Assembly (NCBI GenBank): GCA_035285865.1
Contig: JAYKHS010000014.1
Coordinates: forward strand, 96,001-160,000
Direction: 5' to 3'
Origin: Candidatus Sericytochromatia bacterium
Lineage (GTDB): Bacteria > Cyanobacteriota > Sericytochromatia > S15B-MN24 > VGJW01
DNA length: 64,000 bases
Shown here: in pieces, positions 39,534 to 51,120 of the stretch
How the letters are laid out: the number at the start of each line of letters is the position of its first letter
How positions within the stretch are numbered: position 1 is the first letter of the stretch
Notes under the pieces: model-generated
The model's database searches: none
The model's input: only the letters and a program-made list of their open reading frames with translations
What the model was told of the DNA's origin: nothing
Made by a program: the position numbers and the translations under genes

Positions 39534-39983
39534 TTGGACCTGGGGCTTTCGGAAATCCGCGAACTGGTTCGCATCCTGCAGGATGGGGGCCTGTCGGAGC
39601 TGGCTGTCGAGGCCGGGTCCGTCAAGGTTCACTTGAAGCGGGGCGGCGTCGCGCTTCCCGTGGCTCCGGTCGAATCCGTCGTTTCTGCGTCGCCTGCGCT
39701 TCCCGCTGCGGCTCCCGCCCCGGCCCCTGTCGCGGTCGCCTCGGATAATCAGGTGGTCCGTTCGCCCATGGTGGGTACCTTCTACCGCTCGCCTTCCCCC
39801 GAGGCCCCGCCGTTCGTCGAGGAAGGCGCCGTCGTCACCCCCGGCCAGTGCCTGTGCATCATCGAAGCGATGAAGCTCATGAACGAGATCGAGGCCGAGC
39901 AGGGTGGCCGCGTCGTGAAGGTGCTCGTGGCGAACGGCGCGTTGGTCGAGTACGGCCAGCCGCTCTTCGAACTCGCCCGCTAA
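39534..39983 (+). CDS. accB: acetyl-CoA carboxylase biotin carboxyl carrier protein
   Basis: Probable TTG start; Ala/Pro linker; SPMVGTFYR; EAMKLMNEI. Confidence 0.95.
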   Translation: MDLGLSEIRELVRILQDGGLSELAVEAGSVKVHLKRGGVALPVAPVESVVSASPALPAAAPAPAPVAVASDNQVVRSPMVGTFYRSPSPEAPPFVEEGAVVTPGQCLCIIEAMKLMNEIEAEQGGRVVKVLVANGALVEYGQPLFELAR

Positions 39984-39987
39984 GCCC

Positions 39988-41330
<1,343 letters not shown>

Positions 41331-41334
<4 letters not shown>

Positions 41335-42116
41335 ATCCCGTGAGCGAAACCCTGAACATCCGCCGCCTTGCCCGCGAGCTGGCGCTGCTTTCGATGGCCC
41401 AGCTGGGTCCGCTTCCAGCCGAGGTCAAGCCGGAACTCGAGGAGCTGGTGACCCGTGCCGCCCACTTGCTTTCTGCCGAAGCGCGCGACAGGGTCGAGGA
41501 GGCTGCCGGTCTCGTGGACAAGGTGCGCCTCGAGCTGTCGTTGCTGGGCGAGGATGACGCGGCGCCGCGCCTGCTGGCCGAACTGGCCCGCCATGCCCGG
41601 AAGGATCCCCTCCCCGACCCTGCAGCCCTCGAAGAGGTGGCGCGCGCCTTCTGGAACGCTGCCCGGGACCTGGACGTCCTGGATCTGCTCAAGGGCGGTA
41701 TCGTGTCGGCCCATGCCGCCCGGGTGCTGGAGGCGGCGGATGCGATGGATCGTGCGGCCGACCTGGTCGGCGAGGCGCTGGATTGGCCCGAGAAGGCCGC
41801 CATTGCCGGCGGTTCGAAGGTCCGGGCGTTTGCCATCGGCATGCTGCGCCAGTACCTGGATCATGCGGCAAGCATCGACGCAGCCATCGACGGGGCCCTC
41901 GAACACTGGTCCATCGAACGTCTTGCGGCCGTCGATCGGGACCTGCTGCGCCTCGCCGTCGCCGAGATCCGGCACGCCGAGGACATCCCCCTCGAGGTCG
42001 CGATCAATGAGGCCGTCGAGTTGGCCAAGCGCTACGGCACCGAAGAGTCGGGCCGCTTCGTGAATGGCGTGCTGGCGCGCTTCGCCCAGGACCGCAACGG
42101 GAGCCCGCGCGCCTGA
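41331..42116 (+). CDS. nusB: transcription antitermination factor NusB (long form)
   Basis: RRLARELALLS N-terminus; WSIERLAAVDRDLLRLA, VAINEAVELAKRY and FVNGVL; large central helical insertion. Confidence 0.92.
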
Positions 42117-43345
42117 TGCGTTGGTGGGACAAACTGCGGGGCGTCGCCACCGAGCCCCCGACGGAAGCGGTGCAGGCACCCGGGGCCTCGCCACCGCCCC
42201 CGGCACCTGCACAGGATTCCGGTGCCGGTCCGATGGCTGCGGATGTGCCGCCGCAAGGCGACGGTCCGACGGCTGAGCCGGTTCTCGTCCCTGCCGTGGA
42301 CGCCACGGCAGGCCTTGATGACGGTGGAGAGGAGGGCGGCCGCCCGGAGAGTTTCTGGGGCAAGGCCTGGGCCTTCCTGAACACGCCCATCCCTGGCACG
42401 CCCTCGTTCCGCATGGAGGGCGAGACGGTCGAACGGCTGCGCGAGCGGCTGACTCGGACGCGTGGTCAGCTGGTCGACAGGGTGCGGGATCTGTTCCGCG
42501 GCCGTGCCCACGTGGACGCCGAGACCTGGGATAGCCTCGAGGAGATTCTGCTCGAATCGGATCTTGGTCCCGGCCTGACGGAGCAGGCGCTCGATCATCT
42601 GCGCGCCGGCCTCAAGGCCGGCACCGTCACGCCGGATGACCTGACGCGCGAGCTTGCGCTCTTCCTGGCCGCACGCCTCGGACCGGCGCGCCCTTGGGTC
42701 CCCGATTCGGATCGGCTCAACGTGGTCACGTTGGTGGGGGTCAACGGGGCCGGGAAGACCACGACGCTGGGCAAGCTGGCTCGTCGCCTCGTCCTCGAGA
42801 ATCGCAAGGTGGTGGTCGCCGCGGCCGATACCTTCCGCGCAGCTGCCGTGGAGCAGTTGGCCGTCTGGGCTGCACGTTCGGACGTGCCCCTGATCCGGCA
42901 TGCCGAAGGTGGCGATGCGGCTGCGGTGGTCTTCGATGCCGTCCGGGCCGCCAAGGCACGGGAAGCGGGCGTGCTGCTGGTCGATACGGCAGGCCGCTTG
43001 CAGAACAAGACAAACTTGATGGCCGAGTTGGCCAAGATCGGTCGCGTGCTCGATCGCGAGGCCCCCGACGCCTTGCGGGAGACTTGGCTTGTCCTGGATG
43101 CGACGACGGGCCAGAACGGCCTGCGGCAGGCCGAGGTCTTCGGGCAGGCCGTCCCGCTCACCGGCGTGGTGCTGACCAAGCTCGACGGTACGGCCAAGGG
43201 GGGTGTCGTTTTCTCGATCCAGAGCCAGCTCGGCATTCCGGTTCGGCTCGCAGGCCTTGGGGAAGGCGTCACGGATCTGCGAGACTTCGATCCCGAGGTC
43301 TTCGTCTCGGCGCTCTTCGAGGACGAGCGTCCACAAGGAGCCTGA
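42116..43345 (+). CDS. ftsY: signal recognition particle receptor FtsY
   Basis: GVNGAGKTTT, DTFRAAA, DTAGRL, DATTGQNG, TKLDGTAKGG. Confidence 0.96.
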   Translation: MRWWDKLRGVATEPPTEAVQAPGASPPPPAPAQDSGAGPMAADVPPQGDGPTAEPVLVPAVDATAGLDDGGEEGGRPESFWGKAWAFLNTPIPGTPSFRMEGETVERLRERLTRTRGQLVDRVRDLFRGRAHVDAETWDSLEEILLESDLGPGLTEQALDHLRAGLKAGTVTPDDLTRELALFLAARLGPARPWVPDSDRLNVVTLVGVNGAGKTTTLGKLARRLVLENRKVVVAAADTFRAAAVEQLAVWAARSDVPLIRHAEGGDAAAVVFDAVRAAKAREAGVLLVDTAGRLQNKTNLMAELAKIGRVLDREAPDALRETWLVLDATTGQNGLRQAEVFGQAVPLTGVVLTKLDGTAKGGVVFSIQSQLGIPVRLAGLGEGVTDLRDFDPEVFVSALFEDERPQGA

Positions 43346-43349
43346 GCCC

Positions 43350-44630
43350 TTGGCCCGCCGCGTCGTCCCGGTGCTGTTGGTCCTCGCCGCGTGTCTGCAG
43401 GCCGTGCTTCCCGCAACGGCCGGCGCCGCCGACCTGCTCGAGAGCATCCGCGCGCGCGAGGTCTACGACGCCCGGCGTCCGCTCCGGGCGATGCCCTGTT
43501 CGAGCGGGGAAGAGGCCACCGCACAGGTCTGGCTGCGTGCCGATGCCGAAGAAATCTATCCTCGGGCGCTTGCCCTGATCGACGCAGCCCGTGAGGAAGT
43601 CCTGCTGGACATGTACCTGTTGGGTGGACGCATCGGGCATCGGGTCGCGGCGGCGCTCGCCCGCGCACGCGACAGGGGTTGCCGGGTCCACGTGACCACC
43701 TGCCCAGTGGAACAGACCATCGGCACGACCACCGACCTGCTGGTGGCGCAGTGGGCGGTCATGCGCAAGGCCGATCTCGCGCCCGAGGCCTATCCCCTGT
43801 CCCGCTTGCCGAAGGCCGAGCGCAACCCGCTGACGGTCATCGACCATGCCAAGGTGCTGGTATGCGATCGACGACGCGGCATGATGGGGGGGGCCAATCT
43901 GTTCGAGATTGCCGATACCGACCACGATCTCATGCTCGAGTTCGAAGGCGACATCGGCGAGGCGCTGGCCAGGGAGGTCGCGCGCCCTTTCGGTTGGCCG
44001 TTGCCGCCGCTGCAGCAGCCCGTGGTTGCGCCTCGTGCCGATGGTAAGCAGGCTTCGCTCGCCTTGGTGCGCAACGACGAGGAGATGGCTTGCGGCAAGG
44101 AACACCTGATGCGCTTGCTGCGGGGCGCGAGACATCGCATCGAGGCCGGCGTGTTCGAGTTCAGCGACCTCGAGGTGGCCGAGGCGCTTGTTGCCGCGCA
44201 CCGTCGTGGCGTCGCGGTCAAGGTGCTGCTGGACCGGCACAGGTTCGACGGCAAGTGGTCCGGTGGTCCGACCGCGAACATCCCGCGCTGGGGCGTGCCC
44301 AATCTGGTCGTCGCGGAGCGCCTGCTCGAGGCTGGCGTGCCGGTGCGCTGGTACGAGGCCAGGCGGGATCAGGAGGAGTTCCACGCCAAGTACGCGATCA
44401 TCGACGGCGAGGTCGGGTTCTTCGGGTCGCTCAACTGGACGCCGAGCGCCTTCCATCGGTTTCGCGAACTCAACGTCCACTGGCAGGGGCCCAGCGTCCG
44501 ACTGCTGGAGTCCAGTTTCCTCGGGGACTGGAACCGCCACGCGCAGCCGGTCCGCCGTCTGGATGCCTGGCAGCGCTGGGGAGCGCGGGCGATCGAATGG
44601 CTCGATCGGCAGGGCATCTGCTACTGGTGA
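43350..44630 (+). CDS. phospholipase D family protein (two HKD motifs), exported
   Basis: TTG after AAGGAG; signal peptide; HAKVLVCD...GGAN and HAKYAIID...GSLNW. Confidence 0.85.
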   Translation: MARRVVPVLLVLAACLQAVLPATAGAADLLESIRAREVYDARRPLRAMPCSSGEEATAQVWLRADAEEIYPRALALIDAAREEVLLDMYLLGGRIGHRVAAALARARDRGCRVHVTTCPVEQTIGTTTDLLVAQWAVMRKADLAPEAYPLSRLPKAERNPLTVIDHAKVLVCDRRRGMMGGANLFEIADTDHDLMLEFEGDIGEALAREVARPFGWPLPPLQQPVVAPRADGKQASLALVRNDEEMACGKEHLMRLLRGARHRIEAGVFEFSDLEVAEALVAAHRRGVAVKVLLDRHRFDGKWSGGPTANIPRWGVPNLVVAERLLEAGVPVRWYEARRDQEEFHAKYAIIDGEVGFFGSLNWTPSAFHRFRELNVHWQGPSVRLLESSFLGDWNRHAQPVRRLDAWQRWGARAIEWLDRQGICYW

Positions 44631-44657
44631 CGCCCGGCAGGGCGCGGCCCGCCGGCC

Positions 44658-45023
44658 TCAGCCGCCGCGGACGGACTGGCTGAGCTTGACGAAGCGCTCG
44701 TCCATCTCGCGCAGACGCTGGGCCAGCAGCCGTGCGATGCGCGCGACCAGCATCGGATTGGTCTCGACCAGCGAAGCCACGTCGTGAATCACCAGGAACT
44801 CGGACGGCTGGTTCGCGAAGACCGTGGCCGTGCGGGGAGACTCGAGCAGGAAGGAAACCTCCCCGAAGACCGAGCCGGCCTCATTGACCGAGGCGATGAT
44901 CTGGCCGTGCATCTGGATATCGACGCCGCCCGAGAGCAGCATGTAAAGCTCGTGGCTGTGCTCGCCCTCGAGGAACAGGGCCTGACCAGCCTGGTACGTG
45001 CGGCGGGTTGATGCTTCGGACAT
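44658..45023 (-). CDS. stand-alone cyclic-nucleotide-binding domain protein
   Basis: LFLEGE..ELYMLLSGGV...GSVFGEVSFL..PRTATV. Confidence 0.85.
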   Translation of the reverse strand: MSEASTRRTYQAGQALFLEGEHSHELYMLLSGGVDIQMHGQIIASVNEAGSVFGEVSFLLESPRTATVFANQPSEFLVIHDVASLVETNPMLVARIARLLAQRLREMDERFVKLSQSVRGG

Positions 45024-45157
45024 GGGGTCGGATCTCGCGGGGGACGGAACATGGCCAGCATACCCCGGCAGCCGACGTTGGCACGGACCTGGGTCACATC
45101 CGACCGGCCATGACGCCCGGCTTGCCCGGCCTGCGGGCCCGTGCGACCATGCCCGCC

Positions 45158-46060
45158 ATGAACCTCGGAGCGTGGACCCTCGACTGGCTGCATGACACGG
45201 CTTTCGGGCTTGATGGCGGGGCGATGTTCGGGGTGGTGCCCCGCGTGGTCTGGCAACGCAAGTATCCGGCTGACCGGGACCATTTCATCCCGCTGGCCCT
45301 GCGACCCCTGCTGATCCGGGGTCATGGCCGGACGTTGCTGGTGGACTCCGGATACGGCAGCAAGCTGGATGGGCGCCAGCAGGGCCAGTTCCGGCTGATC
45401 CGACCCTGCGATCCCTTGCGCACGCTGGCGGCGGCCGGACTGGTCCCGGATGACATCACGGATGTCGTCGTGACGCACATGCATCCGGATCATGCGGGCG
45501 GTCTCGTCTCCCGTCAGGAGGACGGCAGCCTCGTGCCGACTTTCCCCCGGGCCCGCATCCATCTGCAGGCGCGCGAGGTCGAGGCCCTGCACACGCCGCA
45601 TCCCCGGACCCGCCACGCCTATCCCGACGAGAATTGGCGTCCGCTCGAGGAAGCCGGCCTGCTCGAGCCGGCTGATGGCCACAAGGTCCTCGCTCCGGGC
45701 CTCGAACTGCACCACACGGGTGGGCATTCGCTCGGCCATCAGGCCCTGACCTTGTCGGGCGGCGGTCAGACCATCCTGCATCTCGGAGACCTCATGGCCA
45801 CCCACGCCCATTTGAATCCGCTGTGGGTCATGGCCTTCGACGACTTCCCGATGGACAGCATCCTCGCCAAGCAGGACTGGATGGCCAAGGCTCGCGAGGG
45901 CCAATGGTGGGTGGCGTTCTACCACGATCTGTTCCATCTGGCCGGCAGGGTCGGAGCAGATGGTCAGTGGACGGACTTCCTTCGTGCAGAGCGGACCGCG
46001 GACGTGGATGAGGCCCTTGCCAAGGTGGACATGGCGCTGCCGGCGGGGTTGGCGTGGTGA
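45158..46060 (+). CDS. MBL-fold metallo-hydrolase (YtnP-like)
   Basis: LDGGAMFGVVP, THMHPDHAGG, GGHSLGHQ, GDL, YHD. Confidence 0.88.
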   Translation: MNLGAWTLDWLHDTAFGLDGGAMFGVVPRVVWQRKYPADRDHFIPLALRPLLIRGHGRTLLVDSGYGSKLDGRQQGQFRLIRPCDPLRTLAAAGLVPDDITDVVVTHMHPDHAGGLVSRQEDGSLVPTFPRARIHLQAREVEALHTPHPRTRHAYPDENWRPLEEAGLLEPADGHKVLAPGLELHHTGGHSLGHQALTLSGGGQTILHLGDLMATHAHLNPLWVMAFDDFPMDSILAKQDWMAKAREGQWWVAFYHDLFHLAGRVGADGQWTDFLRAERTADVDEALAKVDMALPAGLAW

Positions 46061-46713
46061 CGGTCGGGCTCGCGGGCCCCGAAGCTGCCGCAAGGGTGCT
46101 TGGTGTCCGCCCGGCCAAGATACTGGCCGTCGGGCTCAATTTCCGCTCGCACCTGCACGGTCGTCCCGTGCCCGAGAAGCCCGAGCTCTTCCTGAAGCCT
46201 TCCTCGAGTCTGGCGGGACCTGAAGCACAGGTTCTCCTGCCGGATGGTGCGACACGTCCTCAGGCCGAGGGAGAGCTGGCCGTCGTCGTCGGCAGCGTCC
46301 TGCGCGATGCGACGGCGACCGAGGCAGCGGCGGCGATCCGCGGCTATACCTGTGCCTTCGACATCACGGATCGGGCCTGGCAGCAGGGTGACCGACAGTG
46401 GTGGCGGGCCAAGGGCTGCGACACGTGGTGTCCGGTCGGTCCCGTCGTCGTGCCTGCGGAGGCCTTCGACCCGGATCAGGCACACCTGACGACACGGTGT
46501 GCCGGCAGCGTCGTGCAGGATGCACCTCTTTCGGACCTGATCTTCAAGGTTCCCGAGGTCCTGGCCTTCGCCTCGCGACACATGACCCTCGAACCCGGCG
46601 ACCTGGTCCTGATGGGCACGCCGGGTGAGACGCCCGACCTGGTACCCGGGATGGACCTTGCGGTCACGATTCGCGGGATCGGCACCCTCGAGGCAACGGT
46701 TGCCCTAAGGTAA
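46054..46713 (+). CDS. fumarylacetoacetate hydrolase family protein
   Basis: KILAVGLNF, FLKP, EGELAVV, DITDR, RAKGCDT..PVGP, TLEPGDLVLMGTP. Confidence 0.9.
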   Translation: MVTVGLAGPEAAARVLGVRPAKILAVGLNFRSHLHGRPVPEKPELFLKPSSSLAGPEAQVLLPDGATRPQAEGELAVVVGSVLRDATATEAAAAIRGYTCAFDITDRAWQQGDRQWWRAKGCDTWCPVGPVVVPAEAFDPDQAHLTTRCAGSVVQDAPLSDLIFKVPEVLAFASRHMTLEPGDLVLMGTPGETPDLVPGMDLAVTIRGIGTLEATVALR

Positions 46714-46743
46714 CTTGACACAGTCGCACTAAAGTCAGAGACT
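46714..46743 (+). promoter_or_regulatory. sigma70-type promoter overlapped by a HAIR-like (HspR) operator
   Basis: CTTGACA-N7-ACTAAAG (HAIR consensus CTTGAGT-N7-ACTCAAG); TTGACA-N17-GAGACT. Confidence 0.6.
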
Positions 46744-46750
46744 TGAAGCC

Positions 46751-47773
46751 ATGGGCACCAAGGCGCGCGATCCGTACTCCGTTCTGGGAGTCAAGCGGGA
46801 TGCGTCCGATCAGGAGATTCGTTCCGCCTGGGTGAAGCTGGCCAAGAAGTGGCATCCTGACCGCCATCAGGAATCCGAGAAGGCCCGCCAGGAAGCCGAA
46901 CGCCGGATCAAGGAGATCAACGAGGCCTACGAGACGCTCTCGGATCCCGAACGGCGGGCCCGATTCGACCGTTTCGGCGCGGACGGACCTTTCGAAGGGA
47001 CGGGTCAAGGGCCTTTCCGCCCCGGCCAGGGGCCATTCGGCGGGGGCTTCGGCGGTGCGGGCTTCGGCGGCGAGGGCTTCGGCCGCATCCTCGAGGGCAT
47101 GTTCGAGGATCTGTTCCGGGCGGAAGCACCGCGGGGGCGTCCTGCCGGAGCGTCGCGCACGCCAGAGGAAGTGCGCATCGAGGTGCGCCTGCGGGAGGCC
47201 CACGCAGGCACGCGCAAGAAATTGCGGTTGCGCACCCAGGAGCCCTGCGGTGTCTGCCAGGGGCGGCGTCCGACCGGTCCTGCCCCGTGTCCGTCCTGCC
47301 AGGGCATCGGCATCAAGGTCCAGGAGCGGACCGTCGAGGTGAACCTTCCTGCCGGCGTCCGGGATGGTGCTCGGCTCCGGGTCCCCTCTCCGGACGGCGA
47401 ACTGCTGCTTCGGGTTGCCCTGCAGCCGCACGCCCTCTACACCGTGTCCGGCGATGATCTCGAGGTCGACTTGCCCGTCGCTCCGCACGAGGCCGTGCTG
47501 GGTGCCGAGGTCACGGTCCCGACGCTGGAGGGCGAGGTGCGCCTGAAGGTGCCCGAAGGCAGCCAGAGCGGCCGGATCCTGCGCATGAAGGGCAAGGGCC
47601 TGACCCGCAGGGGAGGGGGCCGTGGCGACATGCTGGTGCGGTTGGTCATTCGGGTTCCCGAGGCCCCGGATCCCGAGACCCGCAGGCTCTATGAGGCTCT
47701 GGCCCGCCAGGTCACGGACGGTTCGGGACGGACGGCCTGGCTCGAACGGGCCCGGGAACAACGCGATGGCTGA
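46751..47773 (+). CDS. DnaJ/CbpA-like chaperone with a partial zinc finger
   Basis: J domain with WHPD, G/F-rich region, only two CxxCxG motifs, DnaJ C-terminal domain (LRMKGKG, GDMLV). Confidence 0.92.
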   Translation: MGTKARDPYSVLGVKRDASDQEIRSAWVKLAKKWHPDRHQESEKARQEAERRIKEINEAYETLSDPERRARFDRFGADGPFEGTGQGPFRPGQGPFGGGFGGAGFGGEGFGRILEGMFEDLFRAEAPRGRPAGASRTPEEVRIEVRLREAHAGTRKKLRLRTQEPCGVCQGRRPTGPAPCPSCQGIGIKVQERTVEVNLPAGVRDGARLRVPSPDGELLLRVALQPHALYTVSGDDLEVDLPVAPHEAVLGAEVTVPTLEGEVRLKVPEGSQSGRILRMKGKGLTRRGGGRGDMLVRLVIRVPEAPDPETRRLYEALARQVTDGSGRTAWLERAREQRDG

Positions 47774-47846
47774 GCAGGGCCGTGGACGGGGTATAGGATG
47801 GACTGGAGCCCCCCCTCGAGTCCCGCCTGGGGGAGGAGGAGCCGAA

Positions 47847-48158
47847 ATGCACCTGATCGAACGCCTGAAACGCATGCAGGACGACAACCAACTGGTCGAA
47901 CTGTTCTTCGCGCCTGCCAACACCTGCTACCTCGCACGCATCGTGCGGGTGGGACAGGACTTCCTCGAGTTCGATGCCTACGACGAGGATGACACCGTCG
48001 TGGCCCACAACATCGTGCCGCTGCAGCTCCTGATGGGCGTCACCACGCACTCCCTCGAGCGCAGCCGCAACCGTCTCGAGGCCCTGTTCAACCAGGACAC
48101 GCCTGCGGATCCGGGGTCCGAGGGCCCGGGCAGCCCCCAGTCGGGCAATCCGGCCTGA
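47847..48158 (+). CDS. small hypothetical protein (possible Sm/SH3-like beta-barrel)
   Basis: Strong RBS GGAGGAGG; helix plus strands pattern VELFF..YLARIVRVGQDFLEF..NIVPL. Confidence 0.6.
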   Translation: MHLIERLKRMQDDNQLVELFFAPANTCYLARIVRVGQDFLEFDAYDEDDTVVAHNIVPLQLLMGVTTHSLERSRNRLEALFNQDTPADPGSEGPGSPQSGNPA

Positions 48159-48162
48159 CCAC

Positions 48163-48939
48163 GTGGCTGTTCCAGCCGGATTGCTGCTGGCGGCGCTGCT
48201 GTCGTCGGCACCCAAGGCCACGCCCGTCCCTGGACCTGGTCTGTTGCCCGGTGCGCCCCTGCAGGCCTTCAGGATCAAGACGCCAGGCTTGCGGCGCACG
48301 GGTGGCCTTGCGAGCCCGGACATGAGGCCCGGTTTCTCGCTGGAGACGTGGCAGGCCGGGCAGGCCCGCGAGTGGCGGGTCGACAGGGACATCCTCGTGG
48401 GGGATCCGACCCTTCGTCCGCAAAGTCTGGTCTACGCCCCGCGCACGACGCTCGTGGTCCAGCGCGGTCCGCGTGGCGAGAGCATGGTGGTTGCGACGCG
48501 GAGTGGTCGTGTGGTGACCAAGCAGAAGGAAATTCAGAACACTCTCGATGTCGAGGCGGCCTGGATACGGCCCCCTGCGGCTGCCAAGGTCGGCCTGGTC
48601 GCACGCCTTCTGGCGCTGCTTCCCGGACGGGATCCGGGTGCGGCCGAACTTCGTGTCGTGCACGACAACGGCCGTCAGCGCATCTGGATGGGCGAGGCCT
48701 CGCCATCCGGGCTGGTGACGGTGGTGCTCGAGCCCGTTCTGCATCCCGAGCCAGAGGCGTCCGAGGATGAAGTTCTGGTCGACGAGAACGGCGAGGAGAT
48801 CCCTGCCGCGACACCGACGCCGGCAGTCGCGCGTCCGCGCAAGGGGCTGCTGGAGGTGTTGCGCTTCCCCCGCACGCACGCGCGGATCGTCCTCGAGGAG
48901 TTGGCCAGCTTCGTCAAGCTGGCGGGGAAGGGCAAGTGA
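48163..48939 (+). CDS. hypothetical exported protein
   Basis: Hydrophobic N-terminus; GTGA-coupled to the next gene; no recognised motif. Confidence 0.55.
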   Translation: MAVPAGLLLAALLSSAPKATPVPGPGLLPGAPLQAFRIKTPGLRRTGGLASPDMRPGFSLETWQAGQAREWRVDRDILVGDPTLRPQSLVYAPRTTLVVQRGPRGESMVVATRSGRVVTKQKEIQNTLDVEAAWIRPPAAAKVGLVARLLALLPGRDPGAAELRVVHDNGRQRIWMGEASPSGLVTVVLEPVLHPEPEASEDEVLVDENGEEIPAATPTPAVARPRKGLLEVLRFPRTHARIVLEELASFVKLAGKGK

Positions 48940-49685
48940 GCGGGGGCTGGACCCGCTGCGTGCCGGTCCTGCCTCTGCTGCTGGGCGTGGGCTGTGGGCC
49001 CTCGCTGACGATACAGGGCAGAACGGTACCTCCGACGCCCGCGCCGACCCCGGTTGCGTCGTTTCCCTGGACCGTCTCGTGGTTGCAGCGCGACAAGACG
49101 CCCGCGACCCGGCTTGCGGCGCATGACCGGGCGCTCTATCTGGCTGTCTCCGGGGCATCGGGCGAGTCGCGGATGCCCGACCTGATGGTCATGCCCCCCG
49201 AGGGTGTCACGCCTCCCATCCAGGAGCCCCCTGTCTGGGAACAGAGCCGCGGCCTCTGGACCATTCGGCTCCGATTCCTCGAGCCATCGACAGGGTATCG
49301 GGTGGTCGAGCGCGGGGCCCCCGATGGAACCGACGTTGCCGTGCCACCCGTAGAGCCGTCTCTGGCCGCGCTCGAGGGCGTCACGCTCGTGATGGGCGCG
49401 GCACCGGCGGTGACCGGTCCGGGCGTGCCTGTCACGCTGAGGTTCCGGTTGTCGGCGACGAGCCAGACCGCCCGCGATTACCATATCCGCGTGATCAACC
49501 CGTGCGGATGGGGCCCCGAGGCGACCCGATCCGTCGCCACCCTGCCCGCGACGATCTCGATGGTGATTCCATCCGAAGAAGTCATCGATGTCACGGGCAA
49601 CTACACCATCCGCGTAGCCGACGTGACGGGGGGCAAGACCTATGCACAGGCTGCCAAGGCCACTTTCACCTATCTGACACGTTGA
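48936..49685 (+). CDS. hypothetical lipoprotein
   Basis: LLLGVG|C lipobox-like, PTPAPTP linker, beta-rich body. Confidence 0.6.
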   Translation: MSGGWTRCVPVLPLLLGVGCGPSLTIQGRTVPPTPAPTPVASFPWTVSWLQRDKTPATRLAAHDRALYLAVSGASGESRMPDLMVMPPEGVTPPIQEPPVWEQSRGLWTIRLRFLEPSTGYRVVERGAPDGTDVAVPPVEPSLAALEGVTLVMGAAPAVTGPGVPVTLRFRLSATSQTARDYHIRVINPCGWGPEATRSVATLPATISMVIPSEEVIDVTGNYTIRVADVTGGKTYAQAAKATFTYLTR

Positions 49686-49794
49686 CCGCCTGCTGCCCGG
49701 AAGTTCCGCAGAGGCGTATCATGCGAAACCTTGAAGCCCCGGGAGCCGTCCCTGCATGTGGGGGCTTGCCGCCCCGGAACCGGAGGAAAACATC

Positions 49795-51033
49795 ATGGCC
49801 AGGACCCTGATCGCGAACCTGCTGACAGCAGGTCTCGCCGCCACGGGTGGCGCAGCCGGTACCTATGCCGTGCTGGCGCACCAGGGAGCCGTTCAACCCG
49901 CACTGGCTGCACCCGGCATGCCTGACGCCCGGGAGGGACGGGCTCAGGACGTTTCGCGTGCGTCGGCAAGGCTGACTGGAGACGAGCCCATTGCCGATCT
50001 GGTGGAGCGCGTGGGAGCAGCGGTCGTCAACATCGATACCGAGACCCGCCAGCGCAATCCCTTCTATGGTCAGGAACAGGACCCGTTCTTCGGGTTCTTC
50101 GGGCCATTCGGCGGTATGGGCGGGCCTGGCGGTCGGGGCGGCAATCCGCACCAGGGTCAAGGTCCATTTCTCGTGCGGAAGGGCGTGGGATCGGGCTTTG
50201 TCCTCGAGCCGGAGGGTTACATCGTCACCAACCATCACGTGATCGCCGGGGCGACCAAGCTGCGGGTCACGATGACGGATGGCCGCAAGCTCGAGGGCAA
50301 GGTCGTCGGTCAGGATCCCAGCACGGACCTGGCCTTGGTGAAGGTCGAGGCAAGCGGATTGCCGACCTTGCCCCTGACCAATCCCGCGACCCTGCGTGTC
50401 GGCGAGCGTGTCATCGCCATCGGCAGTCCACTGGGCTTGCAGCATACGGTCACGGCCGGCATCCTGTCCGCGGTCAACCGCGATGTTCAGGTCAATCCCA
50501 GGGTCGGATTCCTGCAGACGGATGCACCGATCAATCCGGGCAATTCGGGTGGCCCCTTGCTGAACCTGAAGGGTGAGGTCATCGGCGTCAACACGGCGGT
50601 GGCGCGGGATGGTCAGGGCATCGGCTTCGCCATTCCCGTGACGACCCTGAAGCAGGTCCTGCCCCAGCTCAAGGCCAAGGGACGGGTCGAGCGTGCGTGG
50701 CTGGGCGTCGGGGTGCGTGACTTGCCCGAGGAGCGGGACAAGATGTTCTTCCCGGTCGACAAGGGCGCGGTCGTCACGCAGGTGACGGACGGCAGTCCTG
50801 CGGCCAGGGCCGGACTGGCGCCCGGCGACGTCATCCTCGAGGTTCAGGGCAAGCCCATTGCGTCGGCGGCGGAACTCATCTGGTCCATCAGCAACCGCAG
50901 CAAGGGTGACAAGGTCACGCTGCTGGTCATGCGCGAAGGCCAGCGCAAGCGTCTCGAGGTCGTCCTCGACCGGATGCCGGATCAGGTTTCCCGGGCCATG
51001 AACCAGGCTCAGGAAGAGCAACAGGGCGAGTAG
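49795..51033 (+). CDS. htrA: HtrA/DegP-family serine protease with one PDZ domain
   Basis: GSGF, TNHHV, DLAL, QTDAPINPGNSGGPL, GIGFAIP; PDZ (SPAARAGL..GDVIL). Confidence 0.93.
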   Translation: MARTLIANLLTAGLAATGGAAGTYAVLAHQGAVQPALAAPGMPDAREGRAQDVSRASARLTGDEPIADLVERVGAAVVNIDTETRQRNPFYGQEQDPFFGFFGPFGGMGGPGGRGGNPHQGQGPFLVRKGVGSGFVLEPEGYIVTNHHVIAGATKLRVTMTDGRKLEGKVVGQDPSTDLALVKVEASGLPTLPLTNPATLRVGERVIAIGSPLGLQHTVTAGILSAVNRDVQVNPRVGFLQTDAPINPGNSGGPLLNLKGEVIGVNTAVARDGQGIGFAIPVTTLKQVLPQLKAKGRVERAWLGVGVRDLPEERDKMFFPVDKGAVVTQVTDGSPAARAGLAPGDVILEVQGKPIASAAELIWSISNRSKGDKVTLLVMREGQRKRLEVVLDRMPDQVSRAMNQAQEEQQGE

Positions 51034-51047
51034 TTCGCTTCGTGCGG

Positions 51048-51084
51048 GCGGTCGGAGACCCAGGGTTTCCGGCCGCTTCTGCTT
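51048..51084 (+). terminator. probable intrinsic terminator of htrA
   Basis: GCGGTCGGAGACCC/GGGTTTCCGGCCGC stem followed by TTCTGCTT. Confidence 0.5.
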
Positions 51085-51120
51085 GGGGCCGACGCACGCG
51101 GTTTGCGTCCGATTTATTCA

